Assembly: GCF_003918875.1 (NCBI RefSeq)
Contig: NW_025767412.1
Location: 2,232,001 to 2,296,000 of the forward strand
Source: Haliotis rubra
Lineage: Eukaryota
DNA length: 64,000 bases
Direction: 5' to 3'
Numbering within the stretch: position 1 is the stretch's first letter; each line of letters starts with the position of its first letter. Shown in pieces: positions 14,101 to 26,774 of this stretch. Under the pieces are notes generated by a model, which did no database searches, was not told where the DNA came from, and saw only the letters and a list, made by a program, of their open reading frames with translations. Made by a program: the position numbers and the translations under genes.

Positions 14101-15097
14101 GGTTTAGTCACAGAATACCTGAAATATTGCCGATGTGTCTATAAATCTTAACTCACACATTCTGTATGATAATGTTAGTATTTGTTACGAGAGATATAGA
14201 ACAAGCTTTTATGCCAGATTTCACAGGTTGAGGGTCTGTAAGGAAGCCTAGTGGCTACAGCAGGTGCTCCTCGTGGCTGATGCCTGGGAGCAATTCCCAA
14301 CATGGGTACAGTGTGTATTGCCTGGTGTCTCCCCACCATGTCACTGAGGATTGTTTAAAGCGACATTAAACCATAATCCTCATTCTTTTATGGGATGATC
14401 TTTAGTTTAAAAATATTGTGTTGGAAGGAATGCTAAATATGACCGTGGTGGAAATTTTGATACATGTACATCCAGCGTTTTATCTGGATTGAAAAGTATA
14501 GCCCTGTTCCAGAAAGTGAGAAACTGTATTCTGTTCCAATCTGTATTCTGTTGCTATCAGGGAAGTCTGTACATCATCAAGTCTTGTCAAAACAAACAAA
14601 CAACACAATGATGACCTCGTTCCACAAGGCAAATGTAGCACTACTGTTGTCGTAAGTTTATGGGAGATATTCCACTAAGCGATCATACCGCTGAAGTGAT
14701 CGTAACTCCCATATTTTAGGATTGATTGGCATTGCTGTATGATGGCATTGTGGAACTGGGCCCCAATCCTCCATGTAGTGATTATTTCTGACAGAAGTCT
14801 GCTGGTATATTTCCAGAGAGTGCCAGGATTCTACTAGACAATGGTGCTGAACTGGATGTGGAGGATGAGATCGGCTACACGCCCCTGATGAGTGCATGTC
14901 GACACAAGAATATTGTTGTTGCCCGTTTCCTCATCCGGCAAGGAGCCAACATCAACAAGACTACTGTCAATGGTGTTTCTCCTCTTGCTCTTGCGATAGG
15001 CCATGGTAAGATTCAACCACGAGAGACCTCTTTTACTCTTTCTCTCTCCCACTCTCTCCCTCCCCCTCTCATCCTCCCTCCTCCCACTTTTCTCTTT

Positions 15098-15135
<38 letters not shown>

Positions 15136-15862
15136 AAGTAATACAATGAATTGCATCAGAGTGACTTGCAGATCATTGTGACATTACAATTAAAAAAAAT
15201 GATGACCTAACCAAGCTGTCTCAAAAACTGGTTAGCTGCATATTTAACTCATTAAACTTTGGGTTGACAATTAAATTCTCACATTCTCATCTTTTGATAT
15301 CATTTTTATCAACACTAATCAATAAAATTTTAAAACATGCCTTGAACAGGTGAAATTCTTTACGTCCTCACATCTACATTTTCAAAATGTCGTCACATAC
15401 CCTTGTGTTTCAGATTTGACATCCCTTGTCCGTGAGCTGGTCCTAGCAGATGTAAAAAACATCAACACACCCGTGTTTGGACATTTCAGCAACATGTTAG
15501 AGCTGGCGCTGTGTCTTGAGTCGAACCCAGCAATCTGTGATATCCTGCATGCTGCCGGCACCTACCTCCGACACACGTTCTCCGAAGTGTCCCCGGAACT
15601 GTGTCCTCAGGATTACTTGAACATCCCCCATTGTCTCGGTGTCTACAAGCCCTATGTTTCACTCAGTCTCAATGGGATGTCGTGGGCCGAGTTCCTCGCT
15701 GAGCTCAACATGAAACTGGACATTGATAAATACAGAAGTCCACTTTCACTGCAGCTGCGATGTGGCCAGTTCCTCAGGTGGCATTTCAGTAATGATTGTC
15801 GGGAGATCCGTCGGCTGCCTCTGCCAGAGACCATTATTAATGGAGTGCTGTTACTGGCATGA
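8168..15862 (+). CDS. Ankyrin repeat and SOCS box protein (ASB-like), 6 coding exons, about 665 aa; apparent 1-nt frameshift in exon 2
   Basis: Exons 8168-9089, 11318-11484, 12724-12804, 13470-13658, 14817-15005, 15414-15862, all GT-AG with phase-1 junctions. Multiple ankyrin motifs (GNTPVHVAAKYG, HSPFHIACHRG, GSTSLHRAC, GYTPLMSAC). C-terminal SOCS box SPLSLQLRCGQFLR...IRRLPLPETII. The acceptor at 14817 is less certain. Confidence 0.85.
9705..11041. mobile_element. Non-autonomous DNA transposon, Kolobok-like
   Basis: TIR AGGTCACATGCAAC ... GTTGCATGTGACCT flanked on both sides by TTAA (9701-9704, 11042-11045). Confidence 0.8.
11884..12238. repeat. Long fold-back inverted repeat built from a tRNA-headed SINE-like element
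   Basis: Arms of about 150 bp (11884-12033 and 12087-12238) are reverse complements; A box AGTGGCTGAGCGG and B box GGTTCGAATCCC lie on the + strand. Confidence 0.8.
13139..13320. mobile_element. Short MITE
   Basis: Imperfect TIR (AGGCAGATCCAG ... CTGTATCCGCCCCTG) with flanking CCCTTCAT duplication. Confidence 0.5.
13836..14005 (-). mobile_element. tRNA-derived SINE
   Basis: Reverse complement of the 16785 family; (CAGT)n tail; TSD-like CTAGTTTGA at 13827 and 14009. Confidence 0.85.
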
Positions 15863-16052
15863 TGTTGTCACACTTGTAGCCAGGGCCTGCCAAGCGCACA
15901 AATACACCTAAGCTGGACAATGTCTACCACACACATCACAGTGGTCTCTTTAAGTGCGGAATTGGTTTAAAGGGAATCCTCTTTATAGGGAGGTACGGGT
16001 GTCCCGTGGTTGTTTCCTAGATATAGGGTGGAACAGGTGCTTTGTGATTGTT

Positions 16053-16505
16053 GTCATCTCCTTATGATCAGGAGGTAAATGTTGGCCTGTGGTCTTCTCC
16101 TTATGATCAGGAGGTAAATGTGGGCCTGTGGTCATCTCCTTATGATCAGGAGTTAAATGTGGGCCTGTGGTCATCTCCTTATGATCAGGAGGTAAATGGG
16201 GGCCTATGGTCATCTCCTTATGATCAGGAGGTAAATGTTGGCCCATGGTCATCTTATGATCAGGAGGTAAATGTTGGCCAGTGGTCATCTTATGATCAGG
16301 AGGTAAATGTTGGCCTATGGTCATCTTATGATCAGGAGGTAAATGTGGGCCTGTGGTCATCTCCTTATGATCAGGAAGTAAATGTGGGCCTGTGGTCATC
16401 TCCTTATGATCAGGAAGTAAATGTGGGCCTGTGGTCATCTTATGATCAGGAGATAAATGTGGGCCTATGGTCATCTCCTTATGATCAGGAGGTAAATGTG
16501 GCCCT
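16053..16505. repeat. 39/36-bp tandem minisatellite, about 12 copies
   Basis: Unit GTCATCTCCTTATGATCAGGAGGTAAATGTGGGCCTGTG. Confidence 0.95.
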
Positions 16506-16784
16506 GTTAATATGGCCTTGTAATCCTACATTCAGGAGTCAGTGTCAGCCAATGGTTGCCTACTTTGGTTATCTCAGCCAGATATGATTTTGAATTGACA
16601 TTGAGCCAATGATAATAGGAATTAGTTATGTTCACACAGAAAGAACCCTTCCATAGAAATATCATGATACATTTTTACAACTTAATATAAAACAGTTGTT
16701 AGTTGTGTGTCTACGATGGTAATGGTCTACAAGACTAAACCAACCATACGTGTGTGTGTCTATATGTGTGTGTGTGTTGGATTA

Positions 16785-16960
16785 GGGGCGGTGGGGTAGC
16801 CTAGTGGTTAAAGCGTTGGCTCGTCATGCCGAAGACCCGGGTTCGATTCCCCACATGGGCACAATGTGTTAAGCCCATTTCTGGTGTCCCCCGCCGTGAT
16901 ATTGCTGGAATATTGCTAAAAGCGGCGTAAAACTAAACTCAGTCAGTCAGTCTGTCAGTT
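16785..16960 (+). mobile_element. Full-length tRNA-derived SINE
   Basis: A box TAGCCTAGTGG, B box GGTTCGATTCC, (CAGT)n tail, TSD TGTTGGATTA on both sides. Confidence 0.9.
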
Positions 16961-17379
16961 TGTTGGATTAAGCACTTCATGTTTCTGTTTGGGTGTGAGA
17001 ATGACCATAGCTTGTGAATGTCAAGGTGTCCATCCCATATAAAGTATACTTTTTGTTTTGGAAATATTTACCTTCCAAGGTAATTTGTGATATGTAACGT
17101 AGCATAGAGCAGATGTTGTGATACGTGTCATATCACAGGTCGAGTGTTCCCCTCACAACTAATGTCAAGTAGGGCAGCTTTTGTTGTGATCTACAATATA
17201 TAGCCTTCACTTATGGACTGTACTTTATTACAGAACTCAGTTTTCAGTAAATTAGAGAGTCAAGCATATTTTAACAATAGATGGAACAAGAATCTGTATC
17301 GAAAGGTCACACACAGCAATAAGAGAAGTTGTTATCCATATAGTTTGTGAATATTGAACCATCCTATCATATACAATAC

Positions 17380-17636
17380 AAATCATATGTGAAACCAATC
17401 ATATATGAAACCAATCATATATGAAACCAATCATACAATACCAATCATATATGAAACCAATCATATACAATACCAATCATATATGAAACCAATCATATAC
17501 AATACCAATCATATATGAAACCAATCCTATATGAAACCAACCATATATGAAACCAACCATATATGAAACCAATCATATATGAAACCAACCATATATGAAA
17601 CCAATCATATATGAAACCAATCATATATAAACCAAT
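17380..17636. repeat. 16-bp tandem repeat
   Basis: Unit ATATGAAACCAATCAT. Confidence 0.9.
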
Positions 17637-19619
17637 GTTAGAAACAATGCAATATACTGTGAACCATATGATCCAGGGTACCAACCAGTAGTGATACTCT
17701 ACCAATGAAACCAATCATATATTTGTTAATGTAGTCCACACCAGTAGTGATACTGTCCAATCATATATAAAAGTGTTAGCAATGCAAGTGAAAATGTCCA
17801 GAGTACCAATGAAGGTTTGTTAATGTAGTCCGACACCAGTAGTGATACTGTCCACACTTCATCTGTATTCACCCATTATTGTAACAACAGTCTTTGGGCA
17901 ATTACTTTTGTCATCTCTTAATGTGTATGGTCTACACAATCTTAGCCCTTTAATGATCATAACTCTTAGTTAAGACTAAAGAGTGGATTAGTTTATAAAC
18001 CTTTACCTCGTGTCTTCTTCGTGTAATGGCCCATATAAACAAGAAGTTGTTTTCTGGATAGGAATAGCTGTGTGCACTATATACCTGACAATGTAACTTT
18101 TTTCTGACTCAGATTGCAGTGGGCTGTGGGGTAGCCTCATGGTTAAAGCATTCACAGGTCATGCTGACATTGTATATGGTGCAATGTACAGTGAATGTAT
18201 ATGGGAACAGTTCTGTGCCCTGATATTACGGGAATATTGCTAGAAGCAGTGTATTATCATTTATAACCCACTCACAACTTGTTATTCACATTTGTAGGAT
18301 GACACTCTTAGATACCAGTGTGCAATATACTACTCACACTTTGATAAGGATCACAAAAATTCATGACTTTACTTAAACGCAGATTTATCATTTGAAATTG
18401 TATCCATTTAAAACTGGATAAATAAAAATAAAATAACCCCTCTTTAGGCAGACAGCCACTGTATTCTAACCTTATGCACTTGATACATGAGTAACCATAA
18501 AAATGGTTTTCATGGCACCAATCAACCATTTTGCAAATCATGGAATGCGTCATAGACAAGTACACAACACCTGTCAACAGCAGGTATGGGATCCACAAGA
18601 TGCAGTGACATACTGAAACCTAGGAACCATGCTTACAATAAGCTTAGATATTTAAACCAAATTAGACCCCACATCATAGTTTTCTGATGAATCTATGATT
18701 TGATCCTTAGCAAAGTGTGAATAGTATATGTCCGGTCAGTGGTCAGTGACGGTAAATACCCTTGTCCCATTCACAATAACACATTCATTTTGAGACTCAA
18801 ATTACACAATGCTGAAACTTGTCCAGTCATATTACCCTCATGAATTTCTCTGCTTGGAGATAAAAAGGATGGAGTTTGTAATGTCACTTCCAAAAAGAAG
18901 CTATGATTTCACTGGGTCCAGGATATTTATCGTAATGGAATCAAGATAAAATATACTGGATAAGTGAAGATGGTCATATACATGTATTGATATATGTGTA
19001 CTGTTTATGTGTTTGTTTCACTCTTTATCTAGCACATTTATTTATTTTATTGTATATTTGTCAGATACACAGGTTTTGGTAATGGACATTAATGAATGAT
19101 CATGTATTTGTCTACAATAAAACCTTGTACATTTGTTTGTTGTTGCATACAATACAGTGCAATATTCCACTTATATCTTGGTGGGTATGTCCTAACAAGA
19201 TAATCTGGTGACTGGTAACAGGGCAACGATAAATGCCATCAGGGTGCAAAGACATGCCATTAGCCAAGTCAGTGACCCGGACCACCCAGTCGATAATGCT
19301 GCCCTGAAGACAGGCATAGATCTCAGGGGCCTTGTTCTAACCTACAATCGCAGCTGGGTCCATATCTATTATTTATTTATTTATGTAAAGGGGAGGGTTA
19401 TCTTCACTTCGAGTCAGTTGAACCCTGTGTACACCCACATGCTCCACACTTGATGGCTGGAAGTAATGCAACAAATTAAGGAGAATCATCCAAGGGATTG
19501 CAAGACCACTAAGTGCCCTATAGCTTGTGGAACAGACACCAGGTGTTTTACCATACATCATGGTGTTGAGGACAAGGTGATCAGGGATAAGAGTGAACAA
19601 GGTGATCGACTCACTTTGA

Positions 19620-20143
19620 CATCCTCGATAATCTCCAGGGTATACATTTCAACAAATATCCACAAGTACCCTAGTACCCTGGATGCATTATAGCTCAGCA
19701 ATAATTGTATTACCTCCCCTTGCTGTCTTTTTATCCAATCAGGTGTCTACGCTGGGAAGTTGAGTGCACCAATCACAAGGCTTCTATCATAACTCACTTT
19801 CGCTTCTTTTATCTAACCAAATAACCTTAGCAACACAATTGTTGCAGAGGTACTCTGAAAGAGGTAGGAGTCCTTGCATATATTTTTTTAAGGTCTCGGA
19901 CCTGTCAATTATTTTCTGTATGGTTTTTCCCCAAAATCTAAGTTGTGCACAGTGACCACAACTTCGCGGTTGCAGCTGCCATCTTTGTTGACACTAGCAA
20001 GCTCAGTTGTAACAGCTTATATGATTGGCTACTGTGAGAAGGTGGAGCCAGCAAAGGGAGGTAATACAATTATCAGGCCAGGTTATTATCAGGTTTCCAG
20101 TAGAGATTTATCGGAAAGTATAACCTGGAAATAATCGAGGATG
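19620..20143. mobile_element. MITE, same family as 34568-35738
   Basis: TIR CATCCTCGAT ... ATCGAGGATG; flanking TCACTTTG duplication; internal similarity to the 34.6-35.7 kb element. Confidence 0.75.
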
Positions 20144-22058
20144 TCACTTTGCATAATATGATCCATATTGCTCAAAATACAGAAGAGGACTCGGGAATCA
20201 TTGCTCTTTACCAGTCAATAATCCCATCCATGTACCCTTGTGTAAGTGTATGAAGTTAGATGTAAACGATGTCACCCAAATGTAACAGCCAGTGATGAGG
20301 CCATATGTAGATCTATATGAATGCAGCTTGATGTGACTGAGTGACAAGTGCTCTTGCAAGTGAAGAAGCATTTAGTCTTTTTAAAAGAAATGTGCAACAC
20401 AATGGAAAATAAATATATTTTAATTCACTCACAGTCTTAAACAAATTAATAACTAGTAAATGGGTCACTGCTTGGACCTTGATATTTATTACATTTTTCT
20501 TATCCTCAATGAGCAAGAAAGCAGGCAGGCAGTAAATAATAAAAAAATGTTTTTGAATGAGTAGCTTGTGAAATATGAAATATTTACGATTTGGTATTAG
20601 TCTTTAAATTAATTTATGATGTAGATTGCTTCTGAAGCAAAAGGACTCGATCTTTAAATGGATGTAAATGAAGAAATATGAAGGTGAGCTGTTTCCTCAT
20701 TTCACATCCGAATAAAAAAAAAAGGGCAAGTGGGAGATGAAAACAACACCTACAGCCTCGTGATAATAATATCAAATCTGTATGTATGACAACATCTTAT
20801 AATAAAGAGGGTAAAACACATTCTAGAAATATGGAGATATCAAAATGCTTCTTTGTAGGTAAATATGATGTAATGTCATCTTTGCACATACCAAGACTAA
20901 AAACACACATAATCCGGAGGAATACTATATTTACATACAACCCTACAATATCATAGTACCAGATTGTCACAGAGAATACATTCACTTTGCTTTGCTGTGA
21001 ATTAAATGCTGCACTCAGCAAAATCTCAACTGACCGTGGTCTGTAAACAATCAAGCCCGGACCAGGCAACAGAGAGACTGAAATCACATGCAGCCATCTG
21101 CTCAATATTGGGATACAATGACTTGCAATGATGACTTGACTGACATTGTGCCCTCGTTCCCGGACATCGAAGTCTATGATCATTATATCAATCACATGTC
21201 AGGTTCATGATTCATCACAGCAGAGGTGTGGTATTGCTTATTGCAGCAGGAAAACCATTCTGTACCTAACTCACGAACGCCTTTGACTACACATGAAAAA
21301 TAGTTTTGTCTTTGTGAATGATTGTTACATGTATGTTACAGCCTTTGTACATGTATGTTACAGCCTCTGAACATACTGGTGAGCATGTGGTTTAAAACAA
21401 CAAACATGAAAAATGTGTATAGTAAAAGAATCAGTAACAGCATGACTTAGATTATTGATGACAATGTTCATACTCCGCATCAAAAAATAAATAGTATCCT
21501 TCAAGGCAAACATCCCAAACATTTAAAAATTATATTATTGTGAACAATATGGCACTCAACTTGACAGTACAATATACAAACACAACAGATTATAACAATA
21601 GAACAATGGTTTTATCTATCACATGATTGTACATGAAAGTTCCAGACTCAGGCCTGTTTCAAGATTCTGCATGACGATAAGTCCCTAGAAACCTATTCTG
21701 ATCGAAAGACGTGACTTAGTGGATTGGCAGGTCATCTCTTTGTTTATTTGTTATCATTATTCAATGGAATGAATAATCACTCACAATATCGGCCACTGGA
21801 TTATTTGATTATTAAGGGAAGCATTACGTACATGGAATATTGCCGTCTCTTACGTCTGCACAGTTGGCAAATGTTCTCCTGGCAACTAACCACCATATAT
21901 GTTAAGGTAAACTCTTCAGAGTGTTATTTCTAATTATTTTATTCCACAAAAACCACACGTATCAAGAAAAGACTAAAACAAGTAATAACAACAATAAAGT
22001 GTTAATGGTGAAGTTAGAACCAGTGTCCGTGTACTGTGTCTTCAGTTTCCTTCCTGGA

Positions 22059-25000
22059 TCAGTCCACACTGAGGTATTCGTCTTTACCCAGCACTGTAAC
22101 CTCCCCATGTCGAAGTGTAATAAACTCTGCCGGATCTAGACTCTTCTCTTTTAATTCCTCCTTGAGCTTTTCTCGAGGTTCCAAATAAGGCTGCAATATG
22201 TGCATAGATAGGCTGGAGACAATGATTTTATCAGGTATTTAGGAAATAGAGTTTGCTTAACCTGCAGCTACAGTGAAATAGATATAGACATGCTCTGAGC
22301 TACTCAAGAACTAGTGCTTGAACATGCTTGAATGACTGATTTGCCTTTAAAATAGTTCAGGGCAAACAGTCATTTTTCATTACCCTTTCCGGCATGGGTG
22401 GTGAGGGTGAATGTGCCCCAGTGTATACAGCTTACCTTGCTCGTGAGGGTGAATGTGCCCCATTGTATACAGCTTACCTCGTTAGTGAGAGTGAATGTGC
22501 CCCAATGTATTCCAACAGACATTCTGGACTGGATATCCTCATGGATTTGAACTGACTCTTTGGGATTCACATGTTGTGGGTGCATAAACCATCTGTAATA
22601 GTATCAACATTGACAGGAAATCAACATGAGAAATGTCAACTGAGTTGTAATTATTGAACAGTGCCCCATAGTAACACTACATGTATGTGTGCCCTACTGT
22701 AACACCTTGCCTACAACATCTCAAAGTTTAGAAGTGATAAATGGAAACATGAAAAGCTAACAAGAGTCATCAGAAGATGACAAATCCCCCCGGCCCCCAT
22801 AAATTTGAAAGAACAAATCAAGTGACAGTTACTTAAAGTCCAGCTTGATTTTTTTTACTAAGTCCACATCGTTTCCATGGAAACCAAGAAAAATAAAAAT
22901 GTTAAAAACCTGCAAATAGCAAAAGGCACCTCTTTAGGTTCTCTTTGATATATCTACCAATTATTGTTGAAAAATATTGAAAGGTTTTTGAGTTATGCTC
23001 CCAAAAAAAATGATTACGGACGGACAGACAAAGCGTCAACTATATCGACCCGCATTACATGCCAGGGGGGATAAAAAGTGATAAATAGAAATTTTAACTT
23101 TTTCTACATTGTATACTCAACCCAATATTACTACTCTCTCTCACCTTGGTTCATAGGCGCCAATTGGGATAGCAGCGAGTGAAAACGGACCATACTTGTG
23201 TCCTATCTGTTTGAACACTTCACAGTACCCTGTGTCTCCCCCAAAGAAGAATCGATGCCTTGGACCAATCACAGACCAGCTGCCCCACAGCGTCTGAAAG
23301 ACATCACATGACAGTTGACCTTAAACTGCGATCCCACTTTAGCAAGTGATGACAGCATTACATCACTGCCACAAGATAATTTGCATATCACGTGACCAGA
23401 CATTTCTGTTGTTTGAAAACAGCCTCGCTTATTCTGAAATCAGAAGAGACTCACCAAGTGCAAACCTTTAGGTCGACGATTCACAGTGTTTTGTATATAT
23501 ATACTGTGAATTGTCACTGCACTGTATACAATTTCATTAGGGAACTGATCCAGTTTACAATCACTTCATTCAATCAAGTCAAGTGACCATTTAGGATATC
23601 ATTCGGTATGGATTATCAAACATTTGGGTGCGAGTCTGCAAAAACATTTGGGTAGAAATATGTTGCTATGCAACTGTACCAATGAAGTCTCTTGATATGT
23701 GAAAATGAAGACTGGTGATGCATCCATACCCATGGAGATTGGAGATTTGTAACCTAATATGCGAATCCATACCCAAGGAAAATGGCTAACTCGTACCTAA
23801 AATTCTTGTCCGATTCATATCTGTTTTGGAGCAATCGTACCTTGTTAGGTCAACCTATACCCAATATTTGTACCCAAGGAGAACATCCAGGTCTCCACAA
23901 CATCTCAGTCACAGAATTTCATTAGGTCACTGACCAAGTTTAGAATTCAAACAATCACTTCAAATAATATATCATTTCATATGCTTGAAAACGGTATAAA
24001 ACCTATACCGAAACGTCGCTATTGTTAAAAAAAGAAGTTGATCATCCATAAAGTTGTGTCATCTCTATACCAGCAACTTCTAAAATGCCACTCAAACAAA
24101 TGAAATTTCAGAGTAAGTCCACTAAAACAGTTTGAGCCTAATCACCATGGATACGGATTTCCCAGTTTCCCCTTTTTCCAAGTGTATAGTGTCGATCTCA
24201 TGATACAGAATCTATAGGCCTACCTTGAAGTCATCTGTTGGCGTTCTCTTGCTCCAGTGTTGACACGGAGTACAGACAAACTTGACAGTTTCGCCGTCAG
24301 CTGCATGGTGTTCAACCTCCTGCCACCAGTCCAGCTCCTGCACATTCTTACAACCAGTTGACACCATCCACTGCTTCAATCCCAGCGGGACATACCAGCA
24401 TAGCGAATCTCCAAACTTCTTGTTCAATGCCACGACTGAGTTGTAGTCCAGGTGATCGTAATGATTGTGACTTATCACTACAGCATCAACCTTAGGCAGA
24501 TCCTCTACGGTGCATGGCGGCTTACGATACCGCTTGTTTCCAAAGAACCACTGAGTTGGTGAGCATCTGTTGCTGAAGATGGGGTCAGTGAGGACTGTGA
24601 CTCCATCGAACTGCACCAGCACCGTGGCATGGCCGACCCACATTGTGCACACTCCAGTATCAGGCGATTTATCAAATTTACTAAAGTCTGGTTTCAGGAC
24701 AGGAAGCTCCTTATCAAGGACCTACAAAACAAAACATGTGGTCAGAACACCCCAACACCATGTGCAGACATCATATAATCTGGACAACTAATAACATATT
24801 TTATTAATTTACGGAATACAAAGCTTTGTTTACAAAGCTTAGAAGGTTGAAACATAACAAACACTGATAAAGCATTGCTCAATATTCATGTCTATCATCA
24901 TTGTTTATTTAGTTTTAAATAAAGTAGTTTGCGACGACTGACTGAGTAAAACAGCTGGCTAAACTGACCAATAATTGTCGATGGAAATCATTATTAACAA

Positions 25001-26176
25001 TTATCGAATATGAAAATTATGTAATTGATAATAAATGAACAAATGTGATGAAATAATTTTCATTCAAGGACTGCTCCTAAAGTCTGAAATATGTTCAGGA
25101 CTATTTATCTATATTCATTTACCGATGATCGATCTCTATAATCTATATTGATAGCCAGCTCGACTGATTGAGCAAATATAAATGTGTTAAGTTTTCTGCT
25201 GTGAGTGATATAGTCAATTCTGTCTGAATCATGTAACATGTTATACTTGGGCTTACACTGTCGTAAAGTAAAGTACAGATTGTAGTGTAATCCCAAATAT
25301 AACATATGTTACATTTACCACTTTCTAAATGGCATTGTGTTGATACACACTTGTAAAGTTGGTTTTTTTATCACATTTTAATCTTCTGATTCTGACAGTA
25401 TACTAGGGTGTCAGGTTTCTATCTGATTGACGTTTCAAGATGACCCTTCCCCCCATCTCCCCACTCTACGTCTGAGTCCCTACTTCTGAGTGTACTTACT
25501 CTTGTCACATTTCAAAGCATCTTACTTTCAACATTTTCCAGTGAATAATGTTGAACATGACAAATTTCAAATCTGACAGGACAATTGGTATTCTTATCTT
25601 AGTTACTAGTTTCTGGCCATCATTTCCAGTTTCCAATATATATTACAATTCATCAATGTCAGTTGAAAGCCAAAGGATTTTACAAATGAATTCAATACAG
25701 ACGTTAAACATCGGAATAATTTTTAACGATATTTGTACACCCAGCTGAAAATTTTACATAACCCCCAAAATGAAAGAGAAGGCCTTCAATATTGAAAACT
25801 GTAACGACCAGCTCCATAAACACTTCATATAGAGCAACATATTTAAACAATTTCTTAAAGAAAACACAAGAAATTTGAAAAATTGTAGACTTTCTTTTCA
25901 CACATACACATATTTTACGAAAACATCAGTTAACCAAGAATAAACATAAGACACACAAACCTCTTTCTTTGGTACATTGCTGTTACTTTTTTCCAAAACG
26001 AATTTCAACACATTGGAGATGTGTATATCTTTCCAAGTTGGCCATGGGTTTTCATAGCAACCATTCCTGAAAACTGATCGTGTTAGGCCATCTTCAGGTG
26101 TGTCTGCTGTTGCCATAGCTCCCTCAGAGGTGGGCGTGTCCACTCTCTCGCTGCTTGAGTTATCTGCTGATGCCAT
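22059..26176 (-). CDS. NAPEPLD: N-acyl-phosphatidylethanolamine phospholipase D (metallo-beta-lactamase fold), paralog A, 369 aa
   Basis: Exons 26176-25961, 24721-24224, 23293-23145, 22592-22478, 22190-22059 splice GT-AG into 1110 nt in frame. Motifs: [66 protein letters not shown]. Confidence 0.95.
22759..23077 (+). mobile_element. Non-autonomous Helitron/Helentron-like (HINE) element
   Basis: Starts AACAAGAG, carries a (GGAC/AGAC)n run near the 3' end, and ends in a GC-rich hairpin-like segment plus ATAAAAA. The family assignment is from pattern recognition. Confidence 0.5.
23982..24019 (+). ncRNA. Minimal type I hammerhead ribozyme motif (Penelope pLTR remnant)
   Basis: GC-UUGAAAA-C-GGUAUA(aaacc)UAUACC-GAAA-C-GUC-GC: U3/A8 core, perfect 6-bp stem II, palindromic ACGU stem III. 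Followed by a Penelope-like tail (AAAGAAGTTG..ATCCATAAAG..CAACTTCTAAAATGCCACTC). Confidence 0.65.
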
Positions 26177-26403
26177 TTTGGATGAGATTTTCAGAAATCT
26201 GCAAAGAATAAAAACCATATGGATCCAAACAATTCTTTAAGTGTAAACATGACAGAAAATTATGGGTTAATGGATCTTTTGATGATTAAGCATTAGTAAT
26301 TTTTCTCAGACAGGTTAAAGTGAATTTCAACTCTGACCTCGGAAAATGGGCTTTAGTCTTAAAACATAATGAGACAGCTAATTAATGCTGCAACAACTTT
26401 TAA

Positions 26404-26622
26404 ATTAGGAAATGGACAAATTTATGGATAGCAATCAATTTCTAAATAATTGTCTATAGAAACTTTTTAATGTTGATTCTTTCACCATTATGATGGTGGA
26501 GAGACTACAACCATTAGGAAATGGACAAATTTATGGATAGCAATCAATTTCTAAATAATTGTCTATAGAAACTTTTTAATGTTGATTCTTTCACCATTAT
26601 GATGGTGGAGAGACTACAACCA
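26404..26622. repeat. 109-bp direct tandem duplication
   Basis: ATTAGGAAATGGACAAA...GAGACTACAACC occurs twice in a row. Confidence 0.9.
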
Positions 26623-26727
26623 GGTGATCAGAGGGACTGGGTATATGTGCATATTATGTTGTGATTAACATTGACAACAACAGGTAACAGATAACATGAA
26701 GCACACAAATAACTGGATGATGATAAC

Positions 26728-26773
<46 letters not shown>
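26728..26773. repeat. (GAT)n microsatellite
   Basis: Read directly. Confidence 0.95.

Positions 26774-26774
<1 letters not shown>

Noticed and set aside
14561-14628. Extra ankyrin-gene exon
   Set aside because: Would need a GC donor and has no ankyrin consensus; exon 13470-13658 already splices in frame to 14817.
15983-16587. Repetitive ORFs of 163 and 179 aa
   Set aside because: Open only because the 39/36-bp unit is a multiple of three; no domain or splice support.
16785-16860. tRNA gene
   Set aside because: A and B boxes are followed by a shared non-tRNA body, a microsatellite tail and a TSD, in many copies; these are SINE heads. The same applies at 12035, 34324 and 61644.
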